From a virus (Duplodnaviria; Caudoviricetes), in the IMG/VR virus record IMGVR_UViG_3300012346_000266, positions 1 to 35,993 of that record: a stretch of DNA of 35,993 nt; one strand, given 5' to 3'. Under the pieces are notes generated by a model. It had not been told where the DNA came from and ran no database searches. It saw only the letters and a program-made list of their open reading frames with translations. Every line of letters starts with the position of its first letter. Position 1 is the first letter of the stretch. Shown here in pieces: positions 17,475 through 26,872 of this stretch. The translations under genes and the position numbers were made by a program.

Positions 17475-18056
17475 ATGAAAATATTCACAAGTGATTTACA
17501 TCACGAACATAAAAGAATTGTGGAATTCACAAATAGAGGTGCTGATACTACTCAAGAAAATCATACTGAATGGTTGGTGCATTTGTGGAATAGTCAAGTC
17601 ACTAAAGGTGACGTTGTTTACTCATTAGGTGACTATTCCTTTGCTAAAAACTACGATGATATTGCAAAGTTTACTAGGCAGTTAAACGGTCAAAAGATTT
17701 TTATTAAAGGTAATCATGATCGTAGAGAGCACCTAGATCAACTTGTAAAAGATAATCTGATTCAAGCATGGTACGATTACAAAGAGATTAGGTTGCAGAA
17801 TGTTCCTACAGTGCTATTTCACTTTCCTATTGCAAGTTGGCATCATCAGAGTCATGGTGCATGGCATCTACATGGTCATTGTCATGGTAATTTTAAAGAT
17901 TTCCGTGGTAAAATGCTTGACGTAGGCTTAGATTCCGCATATAATCTATACGGAGAGCACAAGTTTATTACAGAAGATGAAATACTGCAGTTTATGCAGC
18001 ACGAAGATATTTACTCAGCAGATAAACACAGAAAGGTTATAGATGCAAAAGATTGA
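17475..18056 (+). CDS. Calcineurin-like metallophosphoesterase
   Basis: FTSDLH, LGD, GNHD, HFP, HLHGHCH. Confidence 0.92.
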   Translation: MKIFTSDLHHEHKRIVEFTNRGADTTQENHTEWLVHLWNSQVTKGDVVYSLGDYSFAKNYDDIAKFTRQLNGQKIFIKGNHDRREHLDQLVKDNLIQAWYDYKEIRLQNVPTVLFHFPIASWHHQSHGAWHLHGHCHGNFKDFRGKMLDVGLDSAYNLYGEHKFITEDEILQFMQHEDIYSADKHRKVIDAKD

Positions 18057-18711
18057 AGATTACACCACCGCAAAGCTAATCGCTTACTCACAGGCAACCG
18101 AAGAGTTCAAAGGGCAGTTTAAGACCATTAAAGACCTTGTAGCGTACTGCGCTAGGGTGTCTAACCCAAGTAACCAACTGAACATGGAAACCTCTGATAA
18201 ACTCATTGGTTATCTACTAAAGCACAAGCACTTCAGTCCCTTTGAAATGGCAAGTGCTACGATTGAGATTGAAACAACTCGTGACATTGCTCGTCAGCTA
18301 TTACGTCACCGTAGTTTTACATTTCAGGAGTTTAGCCAACGTTATGCAGACCCTACGAAAGATTTAACGTTTGTAACTCGTGAAGCACGACTGCAAGACC
18401 CTAAAAATCGTCAGAACTCTGTTGTCACTGATAACCTAGCATTACAATCGCTATGGGAAAACTATCAGAATAAGGTTATTGAAACTGCACAAAATGCTTA
18501 TGCTTTCGCCATTGCCAATGGTATCGCTAAAGAGCAAGCTCGTGCTGTACTACCGGAAGGTTGTACAATGTCTCGTTTGTATGTACAAGGAACCATTCGT
18601 AGTTTTATTCACTACATTGAAGTACGTAAAGCAAATGGTACACAGTTAGAACACATTGTACTGGCTCAGAAAGTTGCACAAGCTATTTCGGAGGTATTCA
18701 ATGTTGAATGA
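18043..18711 (+). CDS. thyX: Flavin-dependent thymidylate synthase
   Basis: H.SPFE; ThyX motif RHRSFTFQEFSQRY; KEQARAVLP; TQLEH. Confidence 0.95.
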   Translation: MQKIEDYTTAKLIAYSQATEEFKGQFKTIKDLVAYCARVSNPSNQLNMETSDKLIGYLLKHKHFSPFEMASATIEIETTRDIARQLLRHRSFTFQEFSQRYADPTKDLTFVTREARLQDPKNRQNSVVTDNLALQSLWENYQNKVIETAQNAYAFAIANGIAKEQARAVLPEGCTMSRLYVQGTIRSFIHYIEVRKANGTQLEHIVLAQKVAQAISEVFNVE

Positions 18712-18958
18712 ACACGATATTAAAGATTGGGTCATGCTAACAGAACCTTTGAAACTTGAGCAGTTAAAAGAGGGTGATGTTTTTAGCATCTTTGGTGACA
18801 ATCGAATGTATAAAATTCGGCATGTTCTACTAGATATTGCATGTGTTGAAACAGCGGAAACAGCGGAAATTTGGAATGCGCTAGTATTTCCTAGAACAAC
18901 GGAGGTGTTTCCTTGGGTGATAAACAAAAACGTAAATCAAAACGATACAAACAATTGA
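18701..18958 (+). CDS. Hypothetical protein
   Basis: Start MLNEHD after GGAGG. Confidence 0.6.
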   Translation: MLNEHDIKDWVMLTEPLKLEQLKEGDVFSIFGDNRMYKIRHVLLDIACVETAETAEIWNALVFPRTTEVFPWVINKNVNQNDTNN

Positions 18959-19230
18959 TCGAAATGGTAGCTAAGTCATCAGGCTACTACCAATATGAAG
19001 TTGAAGATATATTAAATCATTTGGTTGGTAATATTCAAGTATTACTTGCTGAAGGTACAGATATAAAGATTCGTGGTATTGGAACAATGAAAGTAAAAAA
19101 GATGAAAATATCTAAGATGTTCTCACCAGAAGGTCCAAATTTGGGTTATACTGCATACAGGTTGTCAGTTGCAACCGATAGCATTTTACAGCAACATCTA
19201 AAGGAACACTATGCAGAACCAACAGAATGA
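18913..19230 (+). CDS. HU/IHF-like DNA-binding protein
   Basis: LIEMVAKSSG...V..I...I...L..G..I.IRGIGTM.V. Confidence 0.75.
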   Translation: MGDKQKRKSKRYKQLIEMVAKSSGYYQYEVEDILNHLVGNIQVLLAEGTDIKIRGIGTMKVKKMKISKMFSPEGPNLGYTAYRLSVATDSILQQHLKEHYAEPTE

Positions 19231-19356
19231 ACCCATTGTTTGGCCTTTTCCTTCAATCAATGGTGAGCGCACACAAGCTTCACAGGAGTTGATGGAATCC
19301 AAACCTCACAAGACTAAAGATGTATTTTCTACAGATGACTATGAAGAGGCAATGCT

Positions 19357-19806
19357 TTGAATGAAGTAGTTAAAAATTTTCGACTTGTTAGTATTGATAA
19401 AATTCTTACTAATAAGAAACTACCTAATTGGGTGCTCAAAGCTGCTTTTGAAGTTAAGCACTCAGGATTTCTACCAGCAGGTGAGTACTTTGAAAAACTA
19501 GATGATGTTGAAATCTATGAAATGACCAGTGCTCTGGAGTACATTCACACAGCCAATTTCAAGCAGTTCAATGTATTATCTGAACAAGCAGAAGAAGACC
19601 TGCAGAGTTTGTGTTTATTGTGCTTTATCTTAGCTTTAGGAGAAGGTGAACTAGAAGTTGATCCTGAAAGTCTATCTTCTATGCTACAATATCTGTTCTT
19701 GCTTGTGAATATTGAAAGTATGCACCGAGAAGGTAAAGTAGAAGTTATTCGTGAACACTACAGTTTATTCGGTGGTGAGAAACCAGTTGTTAGAGCTAAA
19801 CATTGA
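19357..19806 (+). CDS. Hypothetical protein
   Basis: ORF track, coding-like composition. Confidence 0.7.
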   Translation: MNEVVKNFRLVSIDKILTNKKLPNWVLKAAFEVKHSGFLPAGEYFEKLDDVEIYEMTSALEYIHTANFKQFNVLSEQAEEDLQSLCLLCFILALGEGELEVDPESLSSMLQYLFLLVNIESMHREGKVEVIREHYSLFGGEKPVVRAKH

Positions 19807-19816
19807 GGGAGAACCA

Positions 19817-20293
19817 ATGAAAATAAATATCGGACGTTACCCAAAGGGTGATAAACAACGTAAAATCAGCATTAAGATCGACCCTTGGGATACATGGAGT
19901 GCCGATCATACACTGGCGCTTATTATCACTCCTTTGTTGCTGCAGATGAAAGAACAAAAGCAAGGTGCGCCAAATATAGATGATGATGATGTACCTGAGA
20001 ATCTGCGTAGTACTGCAGTAGCACCTAAAGAATTCGATTGGGATACAGATGATAACTGGCATTTACGTTGGGATTATGTACTTGATGAAATGATCTTTGC
20101 AATGCAAGAAATTGCTTCGGATAAAGAAGGTGAAAACTCATTTTATGATCATTCACAAGTTGATGAATATGCAGAAATAAACGATCAGATCAGTGCTATC
20201 AAAGTCGATTGGGAAGCTTTATTAGCACACCAAGACCGTGTACAAAAAGGCTGTGAATTGTTTGGTAAATATTTTCAAGCATTGTGGGATTGA
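19817..20293 (+). CDS. Conserved hypothetical phage protein
   Basis: IKIDPWDTWSAD.TLA...RWDYVLDEMIFA...LFGKYF..LWD. Confidence 0.8.
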   Translation: MKINIGRYPKGDKQRKISIKIDPWDTWSADHTLALIITPLLLQMKEQKQGAPNIDDDDVPENLRSTAVAPKEFDWDTDDNWHLRWDYVLDEMIFAMQEIASDKEGENSFYDHSQVDEYAEINDQISAIKVDWEALLAHQDRVQKGCELFGKYFQALWD

Positions 20294-20295
20294 TC

Positions 20296-20547
20296 ATGAA
20301 TGAATATAAAACATTTGAAGAACTAGAACGCTTTGCGTATATCAGTAATCTACCTAAGATTGCAAATTTATATGCTAAACTTGATGATGATGAAACATAT
20401 GAATATGATTTTGATAAATTACGTCAGGAGATAAGAGATTTAGAGTATGATATAGAATTTCTCAGTATGAAACGTACAGAAAATGAAGATAAGATTGAAG
20501 CACTTGAAATTAAACTCGAAAAAATTGCAGATGTTGTCAATGAATGA
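20296..20547 (+). CDS. Hypothetical coiled-coil protein
   Basis: ORF track. Confidence 0.6.
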   Translation: MNEYKTFEELERFAYISNLPKIANLYAKLDDDETYEYDFDKLRQEIRDLEYDIEFLSMKRTENEDKIEALEIKLEKIADVVNE

Positions 20548-21185
20548 CTCAAAAATTGATGTACAATCGCTATACTCTGAGGGTGATCTAGAGTATGTGA
20601 CACAAGAGGATAGTTATCAGGTGTTGCAATCGTTTGATAGCTGGCATGAATACAACCATGAAAGGAATGAAGAATGAAATACGTAGTAAAATGGAACAAT
20701 GGTTACTGGAAGGTGTTCAACACTCAAGAGTATCGTGATGAATCAATGCATGGTCTAAAAACTGATGCAGACAAAGCTTGTTTGCGAATGAATCAACAGC
20801 GATAATCTTTAATACCCTAGTTAACTCTAGGGTCTTTCTTACTTTTAAATCTAGGAGAATCATATGGAAAAAGATACAGAAGTTCTAATTGTACGCAATA
20901 CTACAGTGAATCGTTTGTACGATCTGGTGATGGTAAATTATTTTGAAGAAACTGTAGAATTCATCGTAAAGGGTGTACAATACGATCATGCTGTAGCGAT
21001 GATGCTAGAGCTAGAAAGCAACTAATTTACACAAGGAAAGATCATGTCACAAGGTTCATATTTGCAGAATAACAAACGCAATAAACGCAAGTTTGATGAT
21101 GGGGGTTATGAAGAAACTGTTAAACCTAATAAAAAACCAAAGAAGGACTTCAGCAAGCAACGTGAGCAAAAGCGTGGAAGTGATA

Positions 21186-21731
21186 ATGCAAGCTATTAAA
21201 CGATGGTCAGTTTACATTACTATCTTTCTGGTAGCAATGCTACTGACAGATCAATACCGAGAGTATCGTCAGTTGCAAGAATTTGAAGCTGTACGCAAAG
21301 ATTTGATTCGTCAAGAGAAAGAAGCTGAAAAGAACTGCCTTAAGAACGCTTTGTGGTATGAAGCAGGTAATCAATCGCTATACGGTATTGAAGCTGTAGC
21401 TGCAGTGATTCATAACCGCAGGATGCATCCAGATTACCCTAGCACATACTGCGGAGTGATTCATCAAAAAAGTCAGTTCAGCTATACACTACTAGGTAAA
21501 CCTGATGTTGAAATCGTTAAGGCTAACTTTAGACCAATGGAAGCTAAAGCTTATGCTAAAGTTGAAGAAGTCGCTGAAAGAGTTATGTCGGAAGAATTTA
21601 AACCTGTACTAGACTCTTCAGTGCGTTTCTATGCAACTAAACAGATTAAAAACTACTGGACTAAGACCAAGAAAGTAGCTGCTAGAATTGGTGATCATGT
21701 GTTCTATAAAGATAAGGAGAAATCGAAATGA
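21186..21731 (+). CDS. Cell wall hydrolase, SleB/Hydrolase_2 family, with N-terminal membrane anchor
   Basis: CL..ALWYEAG...AVAAVIHNR...YP.T.CGVIHQ..QFS...FY...W......IGDHVFY. Confidence 0.9.
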   Translation: MQAIKRWSVYITIFLVAMLLTDQYREYRQLQEFEAVRKDLIRQEKEAEKNCLKNALWYEAGNQSLYGIEAVAAVIHNRRMHPDYPSTYCGVIHQKSQFSYTLLGKPDVEIVKANFRPMEAKAYAKVEEVAERVMSEEFKPVLDSSVRFYATKQIKNYWTKTKKVAARIGDHVFYKDKEKSK

Positions 21732-22078
21732 CAAATACTAAGAAACCTCACGTACATGCTGAAGTTATTAAAGCTTGGGCTGATGGTGCTGAAATTGAAT
21801 ACAACAATGGGTACGATTCTCGTGATTGGCGAACACTTACAAATGGATCACCTGCATGGCATGAGTATGTACAATACCGTGTAAAACCAGAACCTGTAGT
21901 AAAATATCATGGTATTATGCAAGGTGTAGGTTCTTTTCAGGATTTTAATCACAATACAGGATACCACATGCTTGAATCGCATGTTCGTTCAAATGATATT
22001 GATAAATGGAAAGTCATTGCGGTTGTAAAAACTACATTTGTAAATGGTGTACCAGTTGCAACTGAAATTCTAAAATAA
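21728..22078 (+). CDS. Hypothetical phage protein
   Basis: PHVHAEVIKAWADGAEIE...YRVKPE. Confidence 0.75.
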   Translation: MTNTKKPHVHAEVIKAWADGAEIEYNNGYDSRDWRTLTNGSPAWHEYVQYRVKPEPVVKYHGIMQGVGSFQDFNHNTGYHMLESHVRSNDIDKWKVIAVVKTTFVNGVPVATEILK

Positions 22079-22086
22079 CCTTTATT

Positions 22087-22118
22087 TCCGCATGGGTATT
22101 AACCTGTGCGGATTTTTT
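22087..22118 (+). terminator. Rho-independent terminator
   Basis: TCCGCATGG...CCTGTGCGGA then TTTTTT. Confidence 0.65.
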
Positions 22119-22153
22119 GTTGTATAATTAAGGCTTCAACACTAGGAGTTCAA

Positions 22154-22513
22154 ATGAAAGTCGCTGTCTATTTCAACTTGCACAAGAAGACCTTTAGCAT
22201 CAAAGCTTTGGAGGGAACTAACAAAGGACGAGTGATTGATTACTCAGATGATCTTACAATTGAAAACGCAACGTTTAAAGTTTCACAAGCTGGACGCAAT
22301 CGTGTACTGCAAGAAAAGCGCAAGAACGTACATGCTTACGTCATTGGTGAGTTGAAGTCAACTAATGAAGTCCAATGCTGTGGTGAAAAGATCACGTACA
22401 ACCCATACCTGTACGATTCGTTTGTGACCGCTTTTAATAAAACTGCAGTCTTCAAAGCAAAGGAAGTTTTTATGATATGCCGTGATAAAAAAGCTCAAAT
22501 CTTTGCACGATGA
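22154..22513 (+). CDS. Conserved hypothetical early protein
   Basis: VYFNLHKK.FS...F.VSQAGR.RVL.EKRKNVHA...YNPY. Confidence 0.8.
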   Translation: MKVAVYFNLHKKTFSIKALEGTNKGRVIDYSDDLTIENATFKVSQAGRNRVLQEKRKNVHAYVIGELKSTNEVQCCGEKITYNPYLYDSFVTAFNKTAVFKAKEVFMICRDKKAQIFAR

Positions 22514-22556
22514 TAAAATCTGTGCTACAATCAAGGCTTCAACACAGGAGATACTT

Positions 22557-22862
22557 ATGATGAAATTTCAAGATGCAAACGGCAATCATGTTTTCAACGA
22601 AGGTGAATTCGTAGAAGTTGACTTTGGCAAGTACTTCACGTACAGAAAGACAAATAACCTTTGGGCTATTGAGCAAGGTTTCATGCACGAAGTTGATGTG
22701 TTAGATGGTGTACGATTCGCTCGTGTACTGAAGACTGTAGCTTACGTTTGCGTTGATGAAGACGAATACGGTAAAGCTGTCTTTCAAATCTGGAAAATAA
22801 AAAAGCACAATCGTTATAATGAAGTGGAACCTGTGCTATACTCTAAGCTCAAACGCAACTGA
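22557..22862 (+). CDS. Hypothetical early protein
   Basis: RFARVLKTVAYVCVDEDEYG; AGGAG SD. Confidence 0.75.
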   Translation: MMKFQDANGNHVFNEGEFVEVDFGKYFTYRKTNNLWAIEQGFMHEVDVLDGVRFARVLKTVAYVCVDEDEYGKAVFQIWKIKKHNRYNEVEPVLYSKLKRN

Positions 22863-22874
22863 TAGGAGTTAAAG

Positions 22875-23174
22875 ATGAAGACTTATAAATTCTACGCTGA
22901 TCCCGGTCATGGTTGGCTTGCTGTTAAAATCGAAGAGTTGATGCAGCTTGCTATCATCACTCAGATCAGCAGCTTCAGCTACATGCGTGGAGCTACAGCT
23001 TATCTTGAGGAAGACTGCGATGCTTCTTTGTTCTTTAATGCTTACAAAGATAAGTACGGAATTGATCCTAAGCACACCTACAAGCACACAAACAATCGTA
23101 GTCCTATTCGGAATTACGACAGCTACAATCGCAATAAAGCTGTGGATTACGCTTTAGTTGCTTTGAAAGGATGA
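22875..23174 (+). CDS. Conserved hypothetical early protein
   Basis: DPGHGWLAV...IS.FSY...YLEEDCDA...SPIR.Y. Confidence 0.8.
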   Translation: MKTYKFYADPGHGWLAVKIEELMQLAIITQISSFSYMRGATAYLEEDCDASLFFNAYKDKYGIDPKHTYKHTNNRSPIRNYDSYNRNKAVDYALVALKG

Positions 23175-23175
23175 T

Positions 23176-23439
23176 ATGTCTGCTAATATGAATTTTTACC
23201 AACTATCTAATCTTTTGGATTATGTATACGATAACAACTCACCTTTTACTGCAGCCAAAGGACGAAGGGTTGTAAAGTACGTAGACCCTCACATTGACAT
23301 GCGTGATGGAATGTGCTTTAGTATTACTTTTCGTACATACAGTGGTTATATTAACTTTAATACAACAAATGAAAATAGAGATGATCCAAAAAGTCTATAT
23401 GATCGTTGTATTGAGTGGTTGAATTCTGGTACAATCTAA
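23176..23439 (+). CDS. Hypothetical protein
   Basis: ORF track; AAGGA SD. Confidence 0.65.
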   Translation: MSANMNFYQLSNLLDYVYDNNSPFTAAKGRRVVKYVDPHIDMRDGMCFSITFRTYSGYINFNTTNENRDDPKSLYDRCIEWLNSGTI

Positions 23440-23456
23440 TTTTAAAGGAGAAAATC

Positions 23457-23837
23457 ATGGGTCTTGATATGTATGCTTTTGCTGTTCATCCTGATAACGC
23501 TAAGGGTGACTTTGAAATTTCTGATGAAGCTCCAAAAGAAGAGTTTCAGTACTGGCGTAAACACAACGCTTTGCACTCTTGGATGGAAAACCTGTATCGT
23601 TCTAAGGGTGGTGATGCTGAAAGCTTTAACTGCATTCCTTTGCGACTTACAGAAAAAGATTTGCTTGCGTTGATAACGGATGCTAAAGCGCACAAGTTGC
23701 AGTCTGCTACTGGTTTCTTTTGGGGTTCTCAGTACGATTACGATGATGAAATTGCAAACCAAGATATTGAATTTGCAGGTAAAGCTTTGGCTAAAATCTA
23801 CCAAGGCTTCGCTGTGTATTATGATAGCTGGTGGTAA
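23457..23837 (+). CDS. Conserved hypothetical protein (MGLDMY family)
   Basis: MGLDMY...YWRKHNALH.W...FNC...GFFWG...YDSWW. Confidence 0.8.
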   Translation: MGLDMYAFAVHPDNAKGDFEISDEAPKEEFQYWRKHNALHSWMENLYRSKGGDAESFNCIPLRLTEKDLLALITDAKAHKLQSATGFFWGSQYDYDDEIANQDIEFAGKALAKIYQGFAVYYDSWW

Positions 23838-23922
23838 TATCTGACTAGACTGTAGGGTTATCTGTGCAGTCTATCTTTCTGTGATACAATCTAGGCTCAC
23901 TAACTAACTGATGGAGTTTAAG

Positions 23923-24363
23923 ATGAAGACTGTTCAAGCTGTTACTCGTGGTGCTACCTCTACTGGTGAAACCCGTGATTGCACTGTTCGTGCTTTGAGT
24001 AATGCTTCTGGTATGCACTACGACAATGCTCACGCTTTGCTCAAGAAACATGGTCGTAAGAATCGCTGTGGTGCTTTCTTTAGTACAATGCTGAAAGCTT
24101 ACACAGAAGCTGGATTTGTTCTGGATTCAGTGCATGGTACAACAGGTGCTGCTCGTTGCGCTGCTCGTATCTCTAAGCGCCAAGCAGAAGATGGTATTAC
24201 ACTCGCTAAGATTCTCCCTAAACTTGCTTTCGGTGAGTACATCGTGAACACCACTGGTCATGCTGTTGCTGTAGTCAATGGTAAGATCATCGACACCTTC
24301 GACAACCCTGCAGGTAAACGAGTAGTAGCAGTCTTCAAAAAGATTGAAAAGTTTGGTGAATAA
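23923..24363 (+). CDS. Hypothetical protein with possible papain-like Cys/His/Asp triad
   Basis: DCTVRALS...GHAVAVVNG.IIDT. Confidence 0.7.
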   Translation: MKTVQAVTRGATSTGETRDCTVRALSNASGMHYDNAHALLKKHGRKNRCGAFFSTMLKAYTEAGFVLDSVHGTTGAARCAARISKRQAEDGITLAKILPKLAFGEYIVNTTGHAVAVVNGKIIDTFDNPAGKRVVAVFKKIEKFGE

Positions 24364-24416
24364 GTAAAAATCTCTGGTATAATCTAATCTTCAACACAAC
24401 GTAAAGGAACTTCAAA

Positions 24417-24680
24417 ATGACAAGCTCTAAAGTTTTCGCTAGTATGATCGACAATTCGAACGGTAAGATGGTTACTGTATCTTTTATCAAGCAAGATGGC
24501 AGTACACGAGTTCTCAATGGTCGCCTTGGTGTAAAGAAGTATCTCAAGGGTGGTAAATCCAATGTAGATGCCAACGAATACATCAGCATTTATGATGTAA
24601 AGAATAAAGGTTATCGCAGTGTGAACCGCAGTACAATCATTGGTTTGCGTATGCAAGGTATTGAAGCTGTTGCTGTTTAA
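24417..24680 (+). CDS. SH3/Sm-like (WYL_2-type) small protein
   Basis: VSFIKQDGSTRVLNGRL...IYDVKNKGYRS. Confidence 0.7.
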   Translation: MTSSKVFASMIDNSNGKMVTVSFIKQDGSTRVLNGRLGVKKYLKGGKSNVDANEYISIYDVKNKGYRSVNRSTIIGLRMQGIEAVAV

Positions 24681-24693
24681 TTAGGAGTAAAGT

Positions 24694-25026
24694 ATGAAAT
24701 ATACAATCGCTGACATCTTGCATTATGCTGCAGATAATAAAGTTGCAACTAAAAAACATCAACAATGGTCCTATGGTGGAAACAAAGAAAAGTTTTCATG
24801 CTGTGCTATGGAAGAAGCTGCGTATGATTTATATCGTGGTTTAGACTTAGATGATGAACGTGACGAATTAATTGTCAGAACTCGCAAAGGTTTGGAAGCA
24901 ATGGGTTGTCCTACAAATTCTACAAGTGCTTTTGATGATTCTGGTTCATTTAATGCAGAAAATCAACAATCTCGATACGCATGGCTCAAATTTGCTGCTA
25001 TAATTGCAGAGGAACAGGGAGTATGA
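24694..25026 (+). CDS. Hypothetical protein
   Basis: ORF track; AGGAG SD. Confidence 0.7.
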   Translation: MKYTIADILHYAADNKVATKKHQQWSYGGNKEKFSCCAMEEAAYDLYRGLDLDDERDELIVRTRKGLEAMGCPTNSTSAFDDSGSFNAENQQSRYAWLKFAAIIAEEQGV

Positions 25027-25149
25027 GCACCAAACGTAAAAAGCTTAAGCAAAGAAACTATCTGGTAGCTATTGTTATGCGTAAAGCTGTGCAAAAGCAC
25101 CTTGATAGGAAACGCAAGGCTAAACAAACACATCAAAAGGAGAGTGATT

Positions 25150-25353
25150 ATGAGTGAAGCACAACATGAGTTGGATTATCAGGAATTGATCGCAAAGGTT
25201 GCAACGATCAATAAAGATGCATCAGAATACATGCAAGGTCCAATGCGTAAAATATCAGGGTTTGAACCATCAGGTGATCTTTGGGATGTAGTTGTATGGG
25301 AATATACACTACAAGGTACAGATTTTTGGTATGATATCGCAGAGCAACTATGA
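25150..25353 (+). CDS. Hypothetical protein
   Basis: Start MSEAQ after AGGAG; W..T.QG.DFW. Confidence 0.65.
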   Translation: MSEAQHELDYQELIAKVATINKDASEYMQGPMRKISGFEPSGDLWDVVVWEYTLQGTDFWYDIAEQL

Positions 25354-25559
25354 ACAGAATCACCTACAATTCTTTCAATGGTAAGTTCTTCTATGAGATG
25401 CAAAAGGAAGAACTGCAGCAATGCATGGAAATCATCAAGGCTCAAATTGATGCATACAGTCCAAGTATCTCAAATATTTGTATCTCAGATCAAGAACGTC
25501 AGCAAGAGCGTTGGAATGCATGGCAGAATGCAAATTATAATCTAAACAAATTACTCTAA
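25350..25559 (+). CDS. Hypothetical protein
   Basis: ATGA-coupled ORF. Confidence 0.6.
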   Translation: MNRITYNSFNGKFFYEMQKEELQQCMEIIKAQIDAYSPSISNICISDQERQQERWNAWQNANYNLNKLL

Positions 25560-25568
25560 GGAAATATT

Positions 25569-25751
25569 ATGGAACTAGTATTAGCTAAAGAAAATGCAGA
25601 TGGTAGTGCAGTGTTTACCATTGATATGACACCAGAAGAGGCACGAGCATTTGTCTTGCTTGGGATTAAGACAGCGATTCTAACAGGTATTGAAGATGCT
25701 AAAGCTTGGGATGGTCAACCTGATTTGGATGCTGCAGGATTGTCTGATTGA
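25569..25751 (+). CDS. Hypothetical protein
   Basis: ENADGSA motif; AAGGA SD. Confidence 0.65.
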   Translation: MELVLAKENADGSAVFTIDMTPEEARAFVLLGIKTAILTGIEDAKAWDGQPDLDAAGLSD

Positions 25752-25826
25752 AATAATTTGCGTAGTTTGCGTTTGAAGTGCTTTTCTGGTGTATAATTAC
25801 TTCATCGCAAACAACTGGAGTACATC

Positions 25827-26120
25827 ATGAAAGCATACAAACACCTCGTCAAACATGCCTTATCTCAAGGTCACACCTGCAGTGTATGGGATGGTGAAGA
25901 GTGGCAGGTCAGTCACTCATCAAAGTACCAGAACATCATCGAAGCGATTGAATCCGTAGAGGAAGCAAACCTAGTCATTCGGCTTGCTGTTGGTGGTGAA
26001 CGCATTGGATGGGCGCAGATTATCCCTTACGGTCTAGAAGATGATGAAACAGTTGTGGATTATATCTGCAGTGATTTTATGGAAAATTGGTACGCAGAGT
26101 ACGAAAAAACTGTGGTATAA
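25827..26120 (+). CDS. Hypothetical early protein
   Basis: SVWDGEEW...IIEAIESVEE; own promoter. Confidence 0.75.
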   Translation: MKAYKHLVKHALSQGHTCSVWDGEEWQVSHSSKYQNIIEAIESVEEANLVIRLAVGGERIGWAQIIPYGLEDDETVVDYICSDFMENWYAEYEKTVV

Positions 26121-26146
26121 TACAAGCTCAACTACCGGAGAACACT

Positions 26147-26395
26147 ATGAAATGCAACTACAACGCTGGCTCTAACTTTGATCGCCAAGGTCAATGGGTC
26201 ATTGCTAAATACCTCGACAGCGCATGGGTTACTGGCATTGTGCAAGAAACTCGTGTAAAATACGGTGGTAAAGTGCAGCACAGTATTGTCAGTGATTCAC
26301 CTACATATATCGGTGAAGAACTGCGAGAATCTGGTAGTACTTTTTTGGTGGAAGAGGGATCAGTATCGGAAGCTCAACAAATGGAGGTTATTTAA
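26147..26395 (+). CDS. Hypothetical early protein
   Basis: G.V.E.RVKYGGKVQH. Confidence 0.7.
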   Translation: MKCNYNAGSNFDRQGQWVIAKYLDSAWVTGIVQETRVKYGGKVQHSIVSDSPTYIGEELRESGSTFLVEEGSVSEAQQMEVI

Positions 26396-26583
26396 TGCTA
26401 GAAAACTTCAACGATTACGTAAAGATTGAAGCAATTTGTACTTACCTGAAAAGCTTTGGTTATAAAGCTAAGGTAAACAATAATACTATGGCAGTAGAAG
26501 TGCAGGATTTAGATGAAAGTATAAAGAGTATCTGCAATTGGGATACAGCAAGAAAATTTATCAAAGTTCGTGCAGAGAGCTAA
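26395..26583 (+). CDS. Hypothetical protein
   Basis: GGAGG SD; TAATG coupling. Confidence 0.6.
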   Translation: MLENFNDYVKIEAICTYLKSFGYKAKVNNNTMAVEVQDLDESIKSICNWDTARKFIKVRAES

Positions 26584-26624
26584 ATTTTGATGTATAATTG
26601 AGGCTTCAACACTAGGAGAATACA

Positions 26625-26840
26625 ATGGCTAAAATCTACGTAACACAACGTGACAATGACAAGCACTTTGCACAAAAGCTGCCTACATTTCGCAATGGTT
26701 TCTGCTGGATTGAGCGCAAGGTTACTTTTACACAAGACCCTAGCGGCGTGTATTTCGATGGTGAGTACGGATATATCACTGTAAAAGGTCAACAAATTTT
26801 TGTTAATGCATCCGGTAATGGCTTCGAAATTGAGTTATAA
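26625..26840 (+). CDS. Hypothetical early protein
   Basis: Own promoter and AGGAG SD. Confidence 0.7.
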   Translation: MAKIYVTQRDNDKHFAQKLPTFRNGFCWIERKVTFTQDPSGVYFDGEYGYITVKGQQIFVNASGNGFEIEL

Positions 26841-26872
26841 TCTAATCTTCAACAACACAACTGGAGTTCCAA

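Larger units (their letters stand above)
22121..26870 (+). promoter_or_regulatory. Series of early promoters, most of extended -10 type, with shared A/C-rich leaders
   Basis: TAYAAT/TATACT hexamers at 22123, 22526, 22837, 23430, 23885, 24378, 25792, 26116, 26593 and 26836, each followed by a GCTTCAAC/CTTCAAC-like leader and/or a GGAG SD. Confidence 0.7.
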
